Source: a virus (Duplodnaviria; Caudoviricetes). From it: a DNA stretch of 32,296 bases. A model generated the notes under the pieces. That model made no database searches, was not told the origin of the DNA, and saw only the letters and a program-made list of their open reading frames with translations. A program made the translations under genes and the position numbers. The DNA is taken from the IMG/VR virus record IMGVR_UViG_3300017911_001987, positions 1 to 32,296 of that record. The stretch is one strand, 5' to 3'. This document shows, in pieces, positions 1-9,885 of this stretch. Position 1 is the stretch's first letter. Each line of letters starts with the position of its first letter.

Positions 1-3000
1 ACCAATACTGGAACCCAGTCTTTGGTGTATGTAAGTACTTAATTCTGTGAAATAAAATGTTTCTCCAAACTCCCAATTTGTAATTTCAAAATAATTATTG
101 ATAGTTGAAATAATTTGTGTTTTAAGTTCATTGTCACTCAGTTGGTCACTTAGTTTTACCACACGGAATTTTGCCTTGTATTGATCTGGTGCGTACTCTC
201 CAAACAACAATTTAAATTTAGCACTACGGAATACCAATGTATCGCTGGCACTCTTGTAACTATTTAGCCCTGTAAATTCTGCAGCCAACTCATTGCTGGT
301 AGGCTCTAGTGGGAAGTCCACAGTGGGCTGAGCTTTCCATTTTTGTACTTCTGAATTGTAACTGGATGTCAACACCAACATTTCAACTATGTTACTGATA
401 CTAGGATCAATTCTGACGTCATTGGGTGCAACATGCTGCCATCTGATAAAACAATCATTGATCAGTTTAGCCTGAGTATTTTGTGTTTTTCCTCTGCCAT
501 GTTTTACAAAGTATTCGTCTGATTCCACCAATAATATTTGCGAGTTAATAGCAGTGCTGTTTGGCTTCAAGCAGTAAATTTTTTCGCTTTCTGCGACATA
601 CACAACTATGCCACTGGCAAACGTTTTATTTTCTAATTCTTTTGCGATATCCAGTGTGTCTACCAATACCCAGTCCACCTGGCTAAGTTGCACAGTGTTT
701 TCTTTGTCTGAACCTCGTGCAATGGTATTTCTGGAGTTATCTACTGCAAGTGCAGTTTCTCCACGATAGTCTAGAACTACGCCCTGTACAGGTTTATCAT
801 ATGAGTATCCCTGATAGTCTTTGTAATATTCAAATAAGACCAAATCCTGTGACCCTACAAATTTTGCAAACTGTCTGGGATCATCAGGAACCAAATCGCC
901 ATCAGTATCAAAAGGTGCTACCTTTACTTTGCGTGGATCAGTGTAACCATCTGTTTCTCTGTACACATCGTCCACATGCCATTTTACTGGCATTTCTAAA
1001 TTGCTTTTATTAGAGATATAAATTATATCCAGTTTGTCCTGACTGATATTGTTAGTTCTGTCTTTGCTCCAGTGCATGTCATTTTCCTGGATATTGCTGT
1101 ACAACAAATTTCCTGCTTGTTTAGTTGCATCATAATCCAGCAAAGTCAATCTGCCTGTAACACTGGTGTTTTCTGTACTGCCATCAGCACCCCAACTGTA
1201 TGCTTCAGTTGCTCCCACTTTAGCCATAAAAATTTCTTCTGAACCATAAGTGCTGTTGGAGGGGATTTGTCTGTAAGTAACAAATATATTGGCGCCTGAT
1301 GTTCTCACGATGTTTTCACCAAACGTCTTATTATTAAATCTGATTCTGATTTTGCTGGGTAAACTGGTAACCACGCCCAGGTTCGAACCTATCACCACAT
1401 TGCTATCCTGGGTGATTGCACCCACCTGTTTATATGTGTTGAGCTTAACTGTGGCATCTTTCACATAGGAATTGTTTTCTGCAATTTCAAAAGTGGTATC
1501 ATCAGAAGGACTTAAAATACCAAAATTACTGACCCAGTTTGCATTAACATCTTGCCAGGTAACGTCACGAGATCGCAATGGCAAGTTCACTCTGTTTGCT
1601 AATGGTCTGTGCGGTGTGTTTGTGCTGGTGTTTAACCAGGTCTGTGTTTCACCGTCCCAGGAATAAGTTTCCTTGTCTGCCGGCTTTGCATTAGCAGTGG
1701 TAAATGTAATGGTGTCCTGTGAGCTGTTGTTTGTGCGGTCAACCACTTTGACATTTTTAACATTATAAAATTTTAAATCATTTGCACTTTGTACCACATA
1801 ATCCTGACTTCTGGATGTTAGGGTATAGCGATAGTTGTTTTGGTCAATGGGTGAATATTCCATCAACAATAACCAACTGTTAGGACCTCTGTTCACTGTG
1901 TTTAAAGAATATTTGCCTTGTTTAACCAGTGTGGTTATATCTGACCCTGGAATCATATACCAGGCATCTGCAATAAAGTCATAGCCTAAACCAAATGTTT
2001 CTCTGGTTTTCATAGCCTGCTCAAATTGTTGCGTTTCTGTTTTAGTAAACAGTGTTCTTAAACTCACTATGGTTTCTGACAAACGCCAACCACCAGGTAT
2101 TTCTTCGCTCAGTGTCCAGGGGCCTGCACTAGTGGAAATACCAGCACTTAATTGTCCGCTGTTTTCCACACTTAAAATTCTGACCCATTTATATTCTGTT
2201 AAATCTTCTGGGTCATACCACTTCATGAATGTGTTTGGCTTAAACTGTCTGCTTCTGGTGTTGTTTGTGACCAACACATTTCTTGCACCAGTGCTAAATT
2301 CTTCTGACATATAACCAGTATTACTGGAAGGTTTGATAGGCAATGGATTCCAGGTAACCTTATCAGTATCAGTAAATTTATAATTGTTTACACTACCACC
2401 TGATTCAGGATCGGTCCAGACATTTCTGGCTCCATAGTATGCAAAATTACTCATGCCCAAAGTTTTTAACTTAGCAGGAATCACACTGGCTAAAACATCC
2501 AGTGCAGTGGTGTTGCTGTTAATGATAATATTTTCTGTTAATAATTTATTTTCCACATATAAAAATGCATCGTCAGCAAAAGTATCCACATTCTGATAAG
2601 TTCCTGTGGGGTCATTTAAATCTATATAACGACTATGCCCTGCATGTGTTTTATTGATTGCTTTTAATTTTGTGATGTTACTGCTTTGACTTTGTGGAAA
2701 TACATTATAATCCTGTGCACTCACCATTCTGTTTTGAGTGTAATATGTTTGTGGTGCACGTTCTTTGATAGCCGCAGCACTTTCTGCTGGTAAACTGTTA
2801 CCCACAGCATAGTTTAAATTAAATCTTACAGTAAGTGTGTGCGATCTACCGTCAGCATTTTCATAAGGGATTTGCACACTTAAATTTCTGGCATCTTCTG
2901 GTTGTATAGTATATCTGGTGGGATCACTTATGCGATGCCATAAACGGAAAATACCCACTGGCACATTACCAAAATTACCATCTGTAAATCTCAGTCTGAT

Positions 3001-4011
3001 ACCTTGTGTGCCAATATTTTCTATAGCATACAGGTTTCTGGTGTTTAAATTTGTGCTGTTATAATTAATTGTTTGCCCCACAGTGTTAGGCACACGGCTC
3101 CATTTGTTTAATGGTAAACCACCACTGTTAATTTCTTGCAAGTACACATCATTTTCTGCAATGTTAGCCTTGTTGATTTCTTCCAGTCTGTTTTCCAATG
3201 GAGTTGTATAATTGAAGTCTGCAAACTCCATGGTGCCCTGACGGAAGAACACAAAAAATCCAGTGTTGTCACTGCTGATACCTGCACCGTCGTTTCTGTA
3301 AATCATGTGAAACAGGTTACTGGGGTCAGGATGTCTTTCATAAAAATGACTGTTATCGTCAAAGTCTGGATTAACCACATTAAATGGCTTCTCTTTGCCA
3401 TTTACTCTGATGTTAAATGGATAAACAATGGGTGAACCCTGCGGTGAATTTATCTGATACAATTCTGTTTTAATACTTCCCACAGTGCCCTGTTTTAGCG
3501 GAGAGGTAAATCTGTTAGTTTTACTCATTGCTGCATTCAGGATTGTGATGAATTGTTCGTAGCTCTGATTATTATTTACATCGTCCCAGTAAATAGTTCT
3601 GTTAGCCAAATCAGTACCCAAACTGTCTGTTAGTGGTTCAGATGTTTTAACACTTGTGAGTTTCATTAATCCACTTGCTGGAATATTTCTTTTGGGATTG
3701 TAGCCCAACATACGTGCCAGTTTAAAAACACTGTCACGACTTTCTGCAGTTTCTAAAAAGTTTTCTCTGGTGTTTAAGTCGACTCTGAATGCAATACTCT
3801 GACTTAAATATGCCAGCATTTCTATAATTGCTATAAATTCAGAACTTTCAATATAATCATTAAAATTTTCTGGAAAATTGGTTTTTACATACTCTACTAG
3901 AGCACCACGAATTGTATCAAAATCATACGCCTGAAAGTTAATCTCACTATATGCCTTGTAAGCGATTTTCCAATCTTCCGCCGCAAATAAATTTTGCTGT
4001 CTGTTAGCCAT
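1..4011 (-). CDS. gp6: Baseplate wedge protein, T4 gp6-like (3' end runs off the window; at least 1337 codons)
   Basis: Not in the ORF track because there is no stop in the window. Hand translation from the ATG at 4011 gives MANRQQNLFAAEDWKIAYKAYSEINFQAYDFDTIRGALVEYVKTNFPENFNDYIESSEFIAIIEMLAYLSQSIAFRVDLNTRENFLETAESRDSVFKLARMLGYNPKR, a typical gp6 N-terminus. The same frame reads NWEFGETFYFTELSTYIH at the window edge. It lies directly downstream of gp25. Confidence 0.88.
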   Translation of the reverse strand, partial: MANRQQNLFAAEDWKIAYKAYSEINFQAYDFDTIRGALVEYVKTNFPENFNDYIESSEFIAIIEMLAYLSQSIAFRVDLNTRENFLETAESRDSVFKLARMLGYNPKRNIPASGLMKLTSVKTSEPLTDSLGTDLANRTIYWDDVNNNQSYEQFITILNAAMSKTNRFTSPLKQGTVGSIKTELYQINSPQGSPIVYPFNIRVNGKEKPFNVVNPDFDDNSHFYERHPDPSNLFHMIYRNDGAGISSDNTGFFVFFRQGTMEFADFNYTTPLENRLEEINKANIAENDVYLQEINSGGLPLNKWSRVPNTVGQTINYNSTNLNTRNLYAIENIGTQGIRLRFTDGNFGNVPVGIFRLWHRISDPTRYTIQPEDARNLSVQIPYENADGRSHTLTVRFNLNYAVGNSLPAESAAAIKERAPQTYYTQNRMVSAQDYNVFPQSQSSNITKLKAINKTHAGHSRYIDLNDPTGTYQNVDTFADDAFLYVENKLLTENIIINSNTTALDVLASVIPAKLKTLGMSNFAYYGARNVWTDPESGGSVNNYKFTDTDKVTWNPLPIKPSSNTGYMSEEFSTGARNVLVTNNTRSRQFKPNTFMKWYDPEDLTEYKWVRILSVENSGQLSAGISTSAGPWTLSEEIPGGWRLSETIVSLRTLFTKTETQQFEQAMKTRETFGLGYDFIADAWYMIPGSDITTLVKQGKYSLNTVNRGPNSWLLLMEYSPIDQNNYRYTLTSRSQDYVVQSANDLKFYNVKNVKVVDRTNNSSQDTITFTTANAKPADKETYSWDGETQTWLNTSTNTPHRPLANRVNLPLRSRDVTWQDVNANWVSNFGILSPSDDTTFEIAENNSYVKDATVKLNTYKQVGAITQDSNVVIGSNLGVVTSLPSKIRIRFNNKTFGENIVRTSGANIFVTYRQIPSNSTYGSEEIFMAKVGATEAYSWGADGSTENTSVTGRLTLLDYDATKQAGNLLYSNIQENDMHWSKDRTNNISQDKLDIIYISNKSNLEMPVKWHVDDVYRETDGYTDPRKVKVAPFDTDGDLVPDDPRQFAKFVGSQDLVLFEYYKDYQGYSYDKPVQGVVLDYRGETALAVDNSRNTIARGSDKENTVQLSQVDWVLVDTLDIAKELENKTFASGIVVYVAESEKIYCLKPNSTAINSQILLVESDEYFVKHGRGKTQNTQAKLINDCFIRWQHVAPNDVRIDPSISNIVEMLVLTSSYNSEVQKWKAQPTVDFPLEPTSNELAAEFTGLNSYKSASDTLVFRSAKFKLLFGEYAPDQYKAKFRVVKLSDQLSDNELKTQIISTINNYFEITNWEFGETFYFTELSTYIHQRLGSSIG

Positions 4012-4013
4012 TA

Positions 4014-4385
4014 TTAAACACCTTCAGTTATTTCTCTTGTATATTCTAAATATAATTGTTCTGTATCACCAAATGGTAAAATTTCTATCACAATCTCCAC
4101 TCTGATAGCATGGTCTAAAACCAACACTTTGGTATTCTTGTGTGATACCCTGGGGTCGCGAGAAAGTATTTTGGTGACGTCGTCTCGGATTTGGCCATCA
4201 AGTTTGCTGGTGCTGGGTTCCATCACAAGATCCCAGATAATACTACCAAATTCAGGACGCATCACACGCTCTCCACGTCTGGTATAAAACTCGTTCAGCA
4301 GGTCACGTTTCACTAACTCATTGTCCACTAAAGTGTAAGGTGCCCTTACTTTATTTACTGTGCTGAATCCTTTGAACTTTGCCAT
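4014..4385 (-). CDS. gp25: Baseplate wedge / sheath-initiator protein, gp25 (GPW/gp25 family)
   Basis: Motifs TRRGERVMRPEFGSIIWDLVME and DPRV. The likely start is MAKFKGF at 4385, 5 nt after a late promoter, rather than the ORF-track start at 4412. Confidence 0.9.
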   Translation of the reverse strand: MAKFKGFSTVNKVRAPYTLVDNELVKRDLLNEFYTRRGERVMRPEFGSIIWDLVMEPSTSKLDGQIRDDVTKILSRDPRVSHKNTKVLVLDHAIRVEIVIEILPFGDTEQLYLEYTREITEGV

Positions 4386-4390
4386 ACTGT

Positions 4391-4398
4391 TATTTATC
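4391..4398 (-). promoter_or_regulatory. Late promoter GATAAATA (gp55-type)
   Basis: The same octamer recurs upstream of at least seven virion gene blocks; it is a 1-nt variant of the T4 late promoter TATAAATA. Confidence 0.8.
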
Positions 4399-4404
4399 GC
4401 TATC

Positions 4405-4422
4405 ATTAACAATAGTTTTAAT
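4405..4422. promoter_or_regulatory. 18-bp imperfect palindrome ATTAACAATAGTTTTAAT (candidate operator)
   Basis: 2 mismatches to the palindrome ATTAAAACTAGTTTTAAT; lies 6 bp upstream of GATAAATA; related copies at 11153, 17686 and 17755. Confidence 0.55.
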
Positions 4423-4549
4423 TTATACCAAAATAGTTGACTTTCTGCTTATATTGTGTTTAAATAACACTAAGCATTTAAAAATAAATGTGACACCGAA
4501 TTTCAGTTTGCCATGAAATTCTAAATTCACCTTGAGAAAGGTATGACAA

Positions 4550-4792
4550 ATGCGTAAGATTGCTAAAAGGTTCGAGGAAATCTGGGCCAAAGCAGAAGAA
4601 CGTAACGGTCAATACGGACATCGCTACCATAAGTGTTACGACCATAACAAACGTTATGTGACCATGGGCATCTATGACTCAGTAACAAAAAAGTATGTGA
4701 TTTTCGATACCATTAATCTTGCTGGCAATTTCAGGTATAATTCCAAAGGAATGCCTGCAGAGCTAGCAGAAATGGAAAAATTGATCGATTAA
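4550..4792 (+). CDS. Small hypothetical protein (80 aa), opposite strand to the baseplate genes
   Basis: ORF with SD-like GAAAGGT upstream and its own terminator downstream; fills the gap between gp25 and the gp5-like gene. Confidence 0.75.
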   Translation: MRKIAKRFEEIWAKAEERNGQYGHRYHKCYDHNKRYVTMGIYDSVTKKYVIFDTINLAGNFRYNSKGMPAELAEMEKLID

Positions 4793-4795
4793 ACT

Positions 4796-4821
4796 AAGTC
4801 CCGGTTCGCCGGGACTTTTTT
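4796..4821 (+). terminator. Rho-independent terminator
   Basis: AAGTCCCGG-TTCG-CCGGGACTT stem-loop followed by a T-run, between convergent genes. Confidence 0.9.
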
Positions 4822-7522
4822 ATACACCCAGATGTTTATCTAGCTCGTCCTGTAGTTGAACTGCAAGTTCATCAAAATTTGCACCACCAGGTAAGTACCC
4901 TGCTTGGCTGATGTATTTGCTGGTGTCCATACTGTCTGGACACTGGAACAACACAGCTTCAAATTTTCTCATGCCGGCAAGTCCAGGCTGTACCACAGGT
5001 GACTCGCCAGGGGCATTGGGTGCTGTCTGCCAGGATTGCATTTCACGTAACACATTTCCTTTGGCTACAGCATATCCCACAGTGTTGCTAACAGGATCTA
5101 TTTTGTTCAGATTGTTCAATCCTGTTAGTACGTCACTCTTGAGGAAGTTTTCTGTGCCTATCTGTCTGGCAAAATTACTGATTGCCAGTGTTTCGTTTCC
5201 ACTAAGTGGTGCTTCGATAGCACCTTTGATGCCGCTAAAGCTCTGATTCAGATCTCCCACCAACCCTAAAGTTGAACCTGCAGGACCTATACCAGCAGAA
5301 AAATCTACCAGTTTATTACCTGTGGCATCCTGAAAAATTGTGCCAGCACCATCTTTGAACATGGTTATTCCTTGTTCGCTTAGTAGGTTACCCAGGTCGC
5401 CACCATTTTGTGCCATGGCAACAGCCTGTGATATTTTACTTTTCATGTTGGCAATTTCTGGTAAATCCAAACTCATGGGCAAATTCAAAGCATCAATAGC
5501 AAACTGACTTAGTTGTGATTCCATTTCGCTTAACTGTTTGCCAATGCCTATAACTTTTTGTGCCAGGGCGTTTGATGTAGGGAATCTGATGGGAGGCAAT
5601 GCCACTTGTAAACCAGCAACCAATCCTGATAAACCTTGTATAGATGTTAAGTCCAGCTCTGCAACAGACTGCAAATTGCCGGCAATATCGCCCAGTCCTT
5701 CAAAAGATGGTATAGCACCAGTTAAATCAGCACCTGCTCCTTGTAGTGCACTAGTTGCAGAGTCTATGGCTCCGGATACTGCGCCTTGTGCTGAATCATA
5801 CAGTCCCTGAACCTGATCTACTGCTTGCTGAGCACCGCCTGTGATGGGATTACCATTCTGATCTGTATAGCCTGTACCTGCCAGATAACCGTTTGGTGTG
5901 TTTACGTTTACTGGCTTGCCGCTCAGGTCAACTGCAGCCGCTGGTAGTTTTGCTATTAAGCCAGGATCAGGTGCTGGAGCCTTGCCTGCTTCTGCAACAG
6001 GATCGTAACTGGCATGTCCTTTGAAAGGTTCTGTTGTGACCAGTTTGCTCACAATGGTTTTAATTTTGTCTTCGGTACCGGTTCTTGCACCTGCTGTGGG
6101 TGCCGCTGTTTTGCCCTGTAATGCTGCTTCACGATCGAACTCAGGAGGGTCTTTGGGATTATCGCGATGAGTGTTAGTTCCTATCTGTGGTGCCGGCACT
6201 GCTGGTAATGCTGGTACAGCAGGAGGCCCGCCACTGTTTAATAAAATCAAGGGTGATGTTATACTGGTTGGTGCACCACTGGTAACATTAAAGCCTGCTG
6301 CACTTAGCACACTGGTTGGCAGTGTACTTTGCATTTTGATTGGTCCGGTTGCGGCAAATAATTCCATGCCCAGTGGACCACTTGCTGTGGCTGCAATTCT
6401 GCTACCTGCACTGATATCAACATCACCACCATTAGCAGTGAGTTGTGTGTTTAAACCGGCGTAGAGACCCAGGTCTGCGGTTGCTTCAAATCTGATATTA
6501 CCACCATTACCCAGTGGAGGTATACCCAGGGCACCCAGTTCTGGTATACCCACATATTTGTCACCAATGTTATCACCTGCCGCTTTGATGTTTACATTTT
6601 GACCTGCTTCAATATTGATGTTTTTATCTGCACGAAGGTCAAAATTTCCTTTGGCTCTCATTGCTATGGTGCCTTCACTGTGTAGATAAACATCTCCGTC
6701 TGTGTTCATTTCAAACCAGGCTGTACCTTTACGGTTTATGATGTAAACAACACCACTTGTGTCGTCCATTAATAATTGATTGCCGCCCGCTGTTCTTAAT
6801 CTGATTAATCTGCTGTCCAATTTATCATCCATAACAAACTGGTGTCCGCCTAAACGATGACCTTTGTCTTTGTTATTGGGGTCTTTTGGACCAGGTGTTA
6901 ATATACCATACACATCATTTATGTCAGCTCTTCGGGCACCACTAGTTCCTGCACCTCGTAATGGATCATTAATCAAACCCTGTTTTACAATGCCTTCTGC
7001 AATGTCAACATGTAATGGGCGTATGGCATCATTGTGTGTTACACGTTCATCATATTTGTTTTTTTCTGCCACTGGCATCAGCATGCTGGGGTCGCTGTAA
7101 CTTTTACCAGCAGGCATGCCTGGGACCATGTGTGTGAGTCTGTCTGGGAATAAACAACTGATTATAAAGCCCAGTTTTTGACTGCCATCACCAAATGCCA
7201 CCAACACCATGTTGCCTTCATCTGGTGGTGGCATCCACAAGCCATAACTTTTTAATGTGTCTAAATAACTTTCTTGATCTTTTCCTACCTTGTCTGGATT
7301 AGTACTGCCTGCAAATGGTGAAGTCCAGAAACAAGGATATGTTGTGCTTTTTTCACCACCTTTGTTTAGTGCAGGAATTTCCACTTCATATCTGCCTGAA
7401 CGATGTTTGTCCAGTGGAGACCTAATGATACCCACATATATGCCCATGAGCGGTTGAGAAGCACTAGTCCTCTGAATAGCCCTGTTGGTATAGTATCTGT
7501 TGTTTATATCATTATTACTCAT
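4820..7522 (-). CDS. gp5: Baseplate central spike, gp5/VgrG-like, with C-terminal degenerate GH24 lysozyme-like domain
   Basis: N-terminal OB-fold-type motifs (SGRYEVEIP, SYGLWMPPPDEGNMVLVAF), GHQFVMDD...IRLRTAGGNQLLMDD, beta-repeat region; the C-terminus ending VVQPGLAGMRKFEAVLF resembles GH24 lysozyme. Confidence 0.8.
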   Translation of the reverse strand: MSNNDINNRYYTNRAIQRTSASQPLMGIYVGIIRSPLDKHRSGRYEVEIPALNKGGEKSTTYPCFWTSPFAGSTNPDKVGKDQESYLDTLKSYGLWMPPPDEGNMVLVAFGDGSQKLGFIISCLFPDRLTHMVPGMPAGKSYSDPSMLMPVAEKNKYDERVTHNDAIRPLHVDIAEGIVKQGLINDPLRGAGTSGARRADINDVYGILTPGPKDPNNKDKGHRLGGHQFVMDDKLDSRLIRLRTAGGNQLLMDDTSGVVYIINRKGTAWFEMNTDGDVYLHSEGTIAMRAKGNFDLRADKNINIEAGQNVNIKAAGDNIGDKYVGIPELGALGIPPLGNGGNIRFEATADLGLYAGLNTQLTANGGDVDISAGSRIAATASGPLGMELFAATGPIKMQSTLPTSVLSAAGFNVTSGAPTSITSPLILLNSGGPPAVPALPAVPAPQIGTNTHRDNPKDPPEFDREAALQGKTAAPTAGARTGTEDKIKTIVSKLVTTEPFKGHASYDPVAEAGKAPAPDPGLIAKLPAAAVDLSGKPVNVNTPNGYLAGTGYTDQNGNPITGGAQQAVDQVQGLYDSAQGAVSGAIDSATSALQGAGADLTGAIPSFEGLGDIAGNLQSVAELDLTSIQGLSGLVAGLQVALPPIRFPTSNALAQKVIGIGKQLSEMESQLSQFAIDALNLPMSLDLPEIANMKSKISQAVAMAQNGGDLGNLLSEQGITMFKDGAGTIFQDATGNKLVDFSAGIGPAGSTLGLVGDLNQSFSGIKGAIEAPLSGNETLAISNFARQIGTENFLKSDVLTGLNNLNKIDPVSNTVGYAVAKGNVLREMQSWQTAPNAPGESPVVQPGLAGMRKFEAVLFQCPDSMDTSKYISQAGYLPGGANFDELAVQLQDELDKHLGV

Positions 7523-7526
7523 ATGT

Positions 7527-9875
7527 TTATTCCGAATCTTCCGGTGTTGGACTTAGCACAGTGGCATCCAAATTGGTTCGCTGTCCATGAACTTGTACTG
7601 TAAACTCACCTTTTGCAAAACTAACTTTAGATTTTATAATGTTGTATACTGCACTAAATGTTCTGCTGATTCCTTTGTATTCCCAATAACCAGAGTTCAG
7701 GGGACTATCCTCATCACTCCAGTCTGGATCATAGGTTACAGGTGCTCTGATCTCTAACCAAAATGTGTTTATGTCTCTAAAGTAATTTATTTGTTCTTCT
7801 GTGCTGGGCTCTGTGCTTATTGGGCCGCTCAGATACCATGGATCTCCACGCAATGTCATATCCACAGTTTGTAAGAACTGATTAGCATTATGTTGCTCCA
7901 CTAAAAAACCAAACAGTTTGTTCCTGGGACTGCCTGATTTATATGATGCAGCACTTGTTTTGTTTGTGACGTCCTGTGTTGAGTCCACTTGTTGCTCTAT
8001 GCGTTTTACATCTCCCACTGTTAGATATCCAAGTCGGTCTACTAAGTCACTGGAAAATGTTTCTGAATCGTTGGGATTCAGGATGTCTTTACTGTAAGCA
8101 AAGCCACTGAATTCAGGCACATATGTTTCACGATCTGTGGTGAGTGTTGTGCTGGGATCTTCAGTGGGAGGTGCTGTGGTTGTTTGCCCTGTGTCACCTG
8201 CAGTTAGTGCGTCTATCTGATCTGGAGTCAGTGCCTCCAGCAATTGTTCAGCCTGTCGTCCTGTGGTGTCATTCAAAACACCCTGTATATCTGAAGATGA
8301 TAATCCTGTGACATCTGACAGTCCACCTATCACACTGTCAGTGAGATTGTCTCCAAAAAATTGCAAGCGGTCAAAAAAGTCTCCCACTTTGCTTTTCTTC
8401 AAAATATCTCCAGGCTCTTTTATAAAATTTACTAATGCTTCCAGGCCCAGTTCAGTTTCTTCGCTAACCTGGCTGGATAACTGATTACTTGCGATCAGTG
8501 AAATATCTCCTACGGTACCGCCTGCAGGTGGTAACAACAACGCCGCACCTGGATTATAAGAAATATCCAGTTGTAATATCTGATCGTTCAATCCTGTGAA
8601 CAAATAATTGTATGCTTTTAACAGTGACTTATTTGCAACCAGTTGTTGTACTCTGGTCCTGGCATCATTAGGTTCTATTGCCAACTCTTTGCTGTCCAGT
8701 GCTATAGAAGGATTTGCAGTTTTATACAACACAGGTCTGTACGTGTACCTTCTGGCATTTATTCCTCGTTTTTTGTCGTAACCCAACAGTTCCACATCTG
8801 CAAGTATTCTGAACCAGCTCACAAATGCCTGATCTGTTTTTACGGGAGATTCTGGATCCAGGGGATCTTCTCTGCGACTAACTTTACTGTAAAATTCTGG
8901 GCACATGCTTAACAGTGTGGCTAGCACACGATCAAAAGTGGTGCCTTCACGATGTTTAATGGCGTCTTGTTCATATACTGGTTCTGCACCTGTGCCTGTG
9001 TACACTGGTGCATCTTCCAGTTGTTGTTGACGGTCAATGATTGTGCCTGCTTTCCATAACTCACTTTGCAATCTGTTTAGATCTTCTATTTCCACACTTT
9101 CACTGGTGAGCATGGAGTCATCTGTTAAAACATTTAAACTGTTAGTGCCGCCACTCTGGGTATCTGTGGACACCAGTTCTGACAGATCAATAACATATTC
9201 ATCAGGAGTTTCTGCACCTGCTTCGTTGCTGTGCCAGTCGTTTAATTTTTGTTCCAGGTCTTCTAGGTGTTCAGTAAGTGTTTTACCCACAGTGGCCAAA
9301 CTTCTGGGCAAGGCGTAGGAGGTGTCTCTATATGCTGTTGAGCTTAGTATTGCGCCAGTCATGTTGTAAGTGCTGCCAGTTTCATCCACTGTGACATTTA
9401 AGCCAGTCAGTTGAAACATGTATCTAAATGGTCCAGAAATAATTGCTACTTCTCCGCCTTCATCTTCATCATCTGCATATGCAGTATATCCCTGAAATCT
9501 GATTTCCAAATACAGAATAGTTTGTGAATTGGATTCGTGTTCCAGATAACCTTTTGCTAATTGTATTTGATCCAGAAAATCTGCAGCACCTGGTTGGTGA
9601 ATATCAAATGTGATTGTTTGTGTGTGGGTACTAGCAGTATCATACTGAACGTCCATTTCCACATTATCTATGCTAGCACCAGTTACACCAGTTTGTGCTA
9701 GCACCACAGTGTCACCAGGATCAGCAAACAGGATATCCTTCTGTCCAGGATTTCTGATAGTGTATAATTTCAGATTGTACGACGGGTTTGCATACCTGTC
9801 CAGTATGTTACCATATGTGGGTGCACCCACAAAATCGTTATATTCTACTGGTACGTTCTGTGCGCCTTGTGCCAT
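7527..9875 (-). CDS. Probable baseplate hub protein (gp27 / late-control-D-like)
   Basis: 782 aa, between gp53 and the spike; C-terminal motifs VDMTLRGDPWYL and YNIIKSKVSFAKGEFTVQV are typical of hub proteins. Confidence 0.6.
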   Translation of the reverse strand: MAQGAQNVPVEYNDFVGAPTYGNILDRYANPSYNLKLYTIRNPGQKDILFADPGDTVVLAQTGVTGASIDNVEMDVQYDTASTHTQTITFDIHQPGAADFLDQIQLAKGYLEHESNSQTILYLEIRFQGYTAYADDEDEGGEVAIISGPFRYMFQLTGLNVTVDETGSTYNMTGAILSSTAYRDTSYALPRSLATVGKTLTEHLEDLEQKLNDWHSNEAGAETPDEYVIDLSELVSTDTQSGGTNSLNVLTDDSMLTSESVEIEDLNRLQSELWKAGTIIDRQQQLEDAPVYTGTGAEPVYEQDAIKHREGTTFDRVLATLLSMCPEFYSKVSRREDPLDPESPVKTDQAFVSWFRILADVELLGYDKKRGINARRYTYRPVLYKTANPSIALDSKELAIEPNDARTRVQQLVANKSLLKAYNYLFTGLNDQILQLDISYNPGAALLLPPAGGTVGDISLIASNQLSSQVSEETELGLEALVNFIKEPGDILKKSKVGDFFDRLQFFGDNLTDSVIGGLSDVTGLSSSDIQGVLNDTTGRQAEQLLEALTPDQIDALTAGDTGQTTTAPPTEDPSTTLTTDRETYVPEFSGFAYSKDILNPNDSETFSSDLVDRLGYLTVGDVKRIEQQVDSTQDVTNKTSAASYKSGSPRNKLFGFLVEQHNANQFLQTVDMTLRGDPWYLSGPISTEPSTEEQINYFRDINTFWLEIRAPVTYDPDWSDEDSPLNSGYWEYKGISRTFSAVYNIIKSKVSFAKGEFTVQVHGQRTNLDATVLSPTPEDSE

Positions 9876-9885
9876 AATTTTTACT

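Noticed and set aside
717-3435. Four short + strand ORFs
   Set aside because: They lie antisense within the long gp6-like frame and show no recognisable motifs.
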